From assembly GCA_030704615.1 (NCBI GenBank), contig CM060732.1, forward strand, positions 12,276,001 to 12,340,000: a DNA stretch of 64,000 nt. Direction: 5' to 3'. Position numbers and translations under genes: made by a program. Origin of the DNA: Takakia lepidozioides (lineage: Eukaryota; Plantae; Bryophyta). This document shows positions 63,550-64,000 of this stretch, in pieces; positions within the stretch are counted from its first letter, which is position 1; the number at the start of each line of letters is the position of its first letter. The notes below the pieces were generated by a model. The model did no database searches. It was not told the DNA's origin and was given only the letters and a program-made list of their open reading frames with translations.

Positions 63550-64000
63550 CTCGTTGAGTGGGGGTGTTGGAAATCAACTCCTAACCAAGTTACTACTACC
63601 TAGAGTTACTGTGATCACAAGTCAGGCTTCCATAATAGGAGTTCTGACAAGTCACAGTTAACAATAGAGATAAGCCTCGGTTAACTAAAAGATAACTAAA
63701 GTTAGCTTCAATTATTAGTGACTCAAGTCATTGTACCAGAATAGCAGGTGGAGATAACTTAAGTAAAAGCATGGAGTTATGCTATAGTTATCTCAGCTAT
63801 TTATGGATTAGACTATGAGTATAAATAGGGAAAGCTCGGAGGGTGGACACACAGTTTGTTGTGGTCCTATGGTTGGGTGGAGAGTTCTTAGTAATCAGTT
63901 TATCTTTTATCTCTATTCTCTGTCGAATTCCAACAAAGTTGTAAATAACGTAGGACCCTCAACATTTCCCAAAACAGGCGTGACCTTGAGTCGTGTAACC

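Larger units (their letters stand above)
60694..63935 (+). mobile_element. Element G: Ty1/Copia LTR retrotransposon, internally deleted (no integrase)
   Basis: 371-bp LTRs 60694-61064 and 63565-63935 (TGTTGGAA...TTCCAACA), TSD AAGTT, PBS TGGTATCAGAGC 61065-61076, PPT GAGTGGGGG 63556-63564. Confidence 0.96.

Overview
This is eukaryotic repeat-dense DNA, probably from a non-seed land plant such as a bryophyte (low confidence). It is made almost entirely of nested transposable elements, and no host gene is recognisable. The nesting is resolved from target-site duplications (TSDs). (A) A minus-strand Ty3/Gypsy element (<1-44997) carries a C5-cytosine DNA methyltransferase between protease and RT. 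(B) A second Gypsy (4610-40816, 2.2-kb LTRs, TSD TGCC) sits in A's gag. (C, D) Two Mutator-like DNA transposons (23717-37590, TSD CTATCGAAG; ~7864-19082) sit in B. (F) A relative of A with a PHD-finger integrase spans 45370-~60650. (E) A third Mutator-like element (46140-56248, TSD CCATGGTTG) sits in F. (G) An internally deleted Copia spans 60694-63935 (TSD AAGTT). The main candidate novel system: all three diverged Mutator-like elements carry, head-to-head with a GCM-like/DDE/SWIM transposase, a spliced second gene encoding a prokaryote-type beta-class amino (N4-C/N6-A) DNA methyltransferase fold. In C and D it is fused to a ParB/Srx-like domain (E has lost that exon). Each element also has its own palindromic repeat, concentrated in the same orthologous intron of that gene, suggesting a parS-like self-recognition or epigenetic self-marking module. 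Second unusual feature: two different Gypsy families have their right attachment end encoded after the PPT as a ready-made 'CA-NN-TG' circle junction (in B it is demonstrably absent from the 5' LTR), suggesting integration from a circular intermediate. Most ORFs are broken by 1-bp indels, which may be decay or read errors. All domain calls are from motifs seen by eye; no searches were run.
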